A DNA stretch of 64,000 nt, from assembly GCF_009914755.1 (NCBI RefSeq), contig NC_060928.1; one strand, given 5' to 3'. Source of the stretch: the human T2T-CHM13v2.0 reference genome, Homo sapiens. The notes under the pieces were generated by a model. The model was not told the DNA's origin and did no database searches. It saw only the letters and a list, made by a program, of their open reading frames with translations. Each line of letters opens with the position of its first letter. The stretch's first letter is position 1. Position numbers and translations under genes: made by a program. Of this stretch, positions 58,786-64,000 are shown one piece after another.

Positions 58786-60794
58786 TTTAGAAAATATAGC
58801 ATTTTGACTGAGACCTAACAGAAGAATAGTATGTACCAGGCAAAGAAAAAGAGGAAGAGGACCTTCTGCATGTGCAAAGGTCTGGAGTGGAGAGAATGTA
58901 CAGTCCATCTGGGGAACTTCAATTGGCTTTATAGAGGAGAAGCTGGCAGGGAAAAGGTAAAGTGGAAGAGAAGATTGGATCTAACCATGAAAGTTCTTGC
59001 CTATCCTGTTAAAAATATTCGCAAGTTATTTTAAAGGGAAATGATTGAAATGACTGAAGGGTTTTAAACAGGGAAGGAAACATAGATTTGCATTAGGATA
59101 ATGTTAGCAGAGCTGTCTGGGGTATAGATTGTATGAGTTGGGGGAGGGCAGGGGACAGGCATGGTGATGCTGCAAGGAACTGGAGGCAGGAAGAAAAAAG
59201 AGAAGGCCAATCTCAGACCCCATTAAGACCCTTTACCATGCACCTGCATTGGAATCTAAGAAGTGGTATCCTGACTGCAATTGTACCTATTTGTAATGGC
59301 AATATACACCTTCTGTCGCTCAGCAACTTTCTGCATTACTCTCCTTTGTCCCTTAATATTATTTGAGCAAGTTCTACTCCCATGCTCCATAAGCTGCTTG
59401 AAAAGGACCCCATGTTATGGTCTCATTGTCCCTCATCTCTCTTGGCATGCCCAGAAGAATGCTTTTGCCTATAGGAGTTGCTGAAGAATAATCAGTTAAA
59501 TTGCATACTTTTTTTGGTGGGGGAGTGAGGAAAGTGACTGGTACAAAATGAGCCAGCTCACCAGCAGCAGAACTCAGAGCAGCACCATCACCTGACTCAG
59601 GAATCAGAGACATCCCCCAACTATGCTGGGAAGCTGTCTATCTGAGCTAACGCACAGATCAGGACACAGGGATTCCAAACTAGCCTCTGCTGCCTACCTG
59701 CTGCATGACCATGACCACTACTCGCAGGTGAGAAGAGCTCCCACAAGGTCACAGAGTTCCCCTTCGACAGCGCTAGGTGCCAGCATATGTCATGAAAAGT
59801 GGTGCCCAATGAGGCTCACCTTTCCCTGGGGACAACTTAGCAATAACGCTAGATAATTTCATCTCATTCCTTTGCTTTTTCTTCTTTCTCTCCTAAATCT
59901 CATTCCCTACATTATCCCCTACTTTCGGATCTTAAGAACAATAGCCAAGCTGAGTCCCTTTTCTCATTGAGAATTTCACATCCCTTCATTCATCTGCAAT
60001 GAATCCAACAGGGTGGCATTTGAACAAATGATTTTACTTATCTCTTACAAGCTCTAAATCTCCTGGCACAGGAGCCTCTGTGCAAAATGCAGAACTATTT
60101 ATGTTATTTTTTTAAACAAAGGAAGTTCAATTTTCTCTTTTGTTGGGGAGGTTTTAAACCATCGTAAACTTCAACTAGTTCTATTGGTCCCCAGCAGGCT
60201 TGTTCCTCCTGCCTGTGCACATAACCACTACTTAATTTAGAGTGATTCAAAAGGCAGGGGAGACGAAAATGCAGAGTTCATGCTGTTAGAAGTGATCACT
60301 CTGCTTGGAGACATATGTAGCCACAGAAGGCTGAACAGATCAGAGTAGCTTAAAGCACTGAGAGATAAAAGGACCAGCATTGCTGATCGGGACCCCAGAG
60401 ACCAGAGACGGGCCTGATGCATATATACAGCCCTGGCAGCCTTCATAGCTGCTGCCTTTGCTTTTCTTGCCTGCTTTTTTTTTGTTGTTTTTATTTTAAT
60501 TTTCTTAGTAAAACTCTGATGAATTCAGGGTAAGAGAAGGAAATGGGAGCTGTGCAGATGTGTTAATTCAAACCTTACAGATGGAGTTTTCATTTCACAT
60601 ACATGGGGCATGAAGCTAACATATCCTATTCTTGATTTTTAAGGTAAAAAAATCATAAAAACAAAATGTCCATATGAATGCAATACGGTATGTGATTTAA
60701 TAGAGAGAATTAACACACCAAGTCCACAGACTTAGGTGCAAAGACTGATTCTGGCACTTCTGTAGCTGTGGGTAGTGTGTATTCCAATGGATAA

Positions 60795-61228
60795 TGTATC
60801 AGGGTTCTCTAGAGGGACAGAGCTAATAGGATAAATATATATATAAAGGGAGTTTATTAAGTATTAAATTACATGATCACAAGGTCCCACAATAGGCTGT
60901 CTGCAAGCTTGAGGAGCAAGGAGGGCCAGTCTGAGTCTAAAAACCAAAGAACTTGGAGTCTGATGTTTGAGGGCAGGAAGCATCCAGCACGTGAAAAAGA
61001 TGTAGGCTGGGAGGCTAGGCCAGTCTCAACTTTTTCACGTTTTTTGCCTGCTTTATATTCACTGGCAGCTGATTAGATTGTGCCCACCAGATTAATGGTG
61101 GGTCTGCCTTCCCCAGCCCACTGACTCAAATGTTAATCTCCTTTGGCAACACCCTCACAGACACACCCCAAATCAACACTTTGTATTTTTCAATCCAATC
61201 AAGTTGACACTCAGCATTAACCATCACA
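60795..61228 (-). mobile_element. MLT2A1-like (HERVL) solo LTR
   Basis: tgtatcagggttctctagagggacagag...caagttgacactcagcattaaccatcaca; perfect TSD GATAA at 60790-60794 and 61229-61233. Confidence 0.92.
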
Positions 61229-61694
61229 GATAATAATCCCTAACTTGGTTAAGGGATTGATTAAATCCCAAATTAATCATTGAAAGATTAAATAGCGTCA
61301 TGAAGATTAGATGCCCAGTGCAGTCATTGCTATAAGTGGATGCTCAGAAAACTTACCTCCCTTCTGTTTCTCATTTGTAGTTATATAACCTTAGGGAGGT
61401 CACTTACATATATTGAGTGTCAACTTTAAAACAGAGGTAATAGTGTACATATGATAATACATTAAAGGAATAAAATAAGGTAATAAGTGTTAATGTCAGT
61501 ATAACTTATAAAGGGTTGCATAAATTTGAGGCATTTAGTTGTTACACACTCTGTTAGTCTAGATAACATGTTAACAAGCAACAGACAAGCTACTTTGCAG
61601 ATTGAGTATTCATTTTATGGCACGCACTGTACTAAAAACTTTAAAAATATGTTCTCTTCAATTATTACGCCATCCTGTATAGTATATAATGTAG

Positions 61695-61935
61695 AGGTAG
61701 CTGACATTTATTCTGCATTTACTACCTGCTTGTCCCTGTTCTAAATGCTTTAGATGTATTACATTTTCATGTTCCTAACCACCCTAAGACGTAAGTAGAG
61801 TTATCCTCATTTTACAGATGAGGAAACTGAGGTGCAGGGAGACTAAGTCACTATCCAAGGTCATACAACTAGTAAGTGATAAAATAATATTTGAAGGCAA
61901 GCAGTCTGTTTCTAAAGCCTATAGTCTTACCCATA
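61695..61935 (-). mobile_element. MIR
   Basis: tatcctcattttacagatgaggaaactgagg...ccaaggtcatacaactagtaagtg. Confidence 0.88.
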
Positions 61936-64000
61936 ATATTATATGACAAAGTAATGACAGTTACAAGCATTTATTCTTTGAGCTCATAGCTGTGGTTCTC
62001 ACTTAAAATTATTAACTTATGAGAATATTTCATAATATATAACAACGTTTTTGTTTATGACATTATTTCCAAAGGCAATGAATATATTACTTATTTAAAT
62101 AAATTCTGTTGAGAAAAATGCTACCATTAGCACAGAGATGACTAATTTGCTACCATCAATAGGTAGCATTCTGAAATTGGGTCTGTAACCTGGGTTGGTA
62201 TACTTATGCATATATTTATTAATACATATGTACTCCCATAAAGCTGGAATGCCATTTAATAATTCCTCTCTGCAGGATGCAACAATCAGAAGACATATAT
62301 ACCAGTCCAATATCCAGAAATAATTAAAATGTGATATTAACTCATAACTGCTGTGGGCTTGCATTCACATCTAAAGCATTTAGAGCAGGACAGAATCTCC
62401 TGAAATCTTCTTTTTAAGAATTCAGGTAGTCAGAGCACTTCTCTCTCTAACCGTGTCTTCCTACTTTCCAAGATACATTCTCCTTCAGCCCCTAGCAGTA
62501 CAAATTAATCTTCTCTCTTTTTGTTTTTTTTTCCAGCCTTCTGACCAACACAGCAACAGCTGCTAAAGAAAAAGCACAGTAGAAATAAAGCAAGAGCAAG
62601 ATATGGTAAAAATTTGTGAAAATGCAAGAAAAAGATTTAGTCCATGTGTATATATGCATATGCATATGTAGACACACATACATTTACATAGTGCAATTTA
62701 TATAATATATATGCAAATATATACACATAAACAATTTAGAATTAGTGTCACTTATAAGAGGGTACAAGGATATACTTATATACTTATGTCATATTATTAT
62801 TAATTGTATCTTATATAATTATTATACCACTATGTTATTAAACACAAATGCTTAACAATTTTAAGAAGCCATGATTTTTATGATATTTAATATTATATTG
62901 TATAATCATAGTGAACTCCCAATTTCTTGAAACTGCATTTAATTTTGCCCCTTTTCTTCATCACCTCTAAGTTCTTTATAGAGTGGAAAGCAGCTGTCAG
63001 GATCATTTCTGTGTGTTTGCTGACAGACGGAGTCCACAAAAGAAAACAAGCCTTTTCCCCAGTTTGATGGACTCCTCATTCCTCGCCAGCAGTGAATAAG
63101 GTGTCCAGGACTGTCTCAATGAGAAATCATGTGTCAGCAAAGGATTATATAAAGCCAGTGGGACATATTTTATTCTGCTTCTCACTTTTGGCTACCACTG
63201 TTCTTTTTCCTAAATCAAATTTTCTTCTGGCTTTGAAAGGTACTAATGGAGCATTATTAGTCCAGAAAGAATATTGCAATGGAGAATTGTAATTACTTTA
63301 CTGCTATGGTGACATCAAACCAGATCACTTAAGAATAATGGGGCTTTAGTTCCCATAGGGAGATTGAGGTTTGGAGGATACGTAGAAATAGGAGTTCCAT
63401 GACATGTAAGACAGAAAAGGAAGACAGCATTGAAACTTCTTTGGTTGGCATATTTATGTGTGAGACCACCCCCAACCTCTGCTGACATCTGTGTTTGAAG
63501 ATGGAAATTAAACGTTGAACGAGGGCTTCAGCTCTTTTCTCAAGCTACTCTTCCATTGGCTTTAGGAGGTGAAAGATTTCTCAGCCAAAAATCACTCCTG
63601 TAAATCCAATGCAGTTATCCTTGTACTTATAATCATTTTTTTTCTATAAATCTTTAACAACTGACAAATACGTAGTTGGCTGGGCTTTATGCTGTAATAA
63701 AACACAGGCAAAGGAAGCAAGGTTGGCAAAGGGTTGTCTGATGTCCAAAACATGATTATTTGTACAACATAATACGAGTTAAACTATATTTGGAATTCTT
63801 AGGACTTTCTTAATTTGACCTATCAAACAGCTGAAGAGCAGTGTGTGGCTTTTAGGGTACGACAGAAAGTGTGCTTTGGTGTATATTCAGAAATCTTTTC
63901 TCTGTGTGAATTCCCAGATGAAAAGAGTGCTCAAGCCAATCTCTTTGCTGATACTCGGTGGGGAGCAAGATAAAAACTTCAGATATACCATCCAGATCCT

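Overview
This is AT-rich human genomic DNA (an AluYb8 insertion, a human-specific subfamily, is present), either intronic or intergenic. I found no recognisable protein-coding gene, structural RNA gene or CRISPR array; the ORF track reflects Alu/L1/LTR and low-complexity noise. Much of the window is interspersed repeat: L1, L2, MIR, about ten Alus, MaLR/ERVL solo LTRs and MER DNA transposons. The most interesting signal is a candidate recursive splice site at 49161/49162 (pyrimidine tract-CAG|GTAAGA), followed by a 67-nt putative RS-exon with stops in all three frames and a downstream GTAAGT donor. Other notable items are two short dispersed duplications copied across 2-5.5 kb, a fold-back inversion, a twin-primed L1, an L1 with its 5'UTR fused to the ORF2 3' end, and DUX4-motif-bearing LTRs. 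Repeat subfamily calls come from recalled consensus features, and many boundaries are approximate. I see no evidence of a wholly new multi-gene system.
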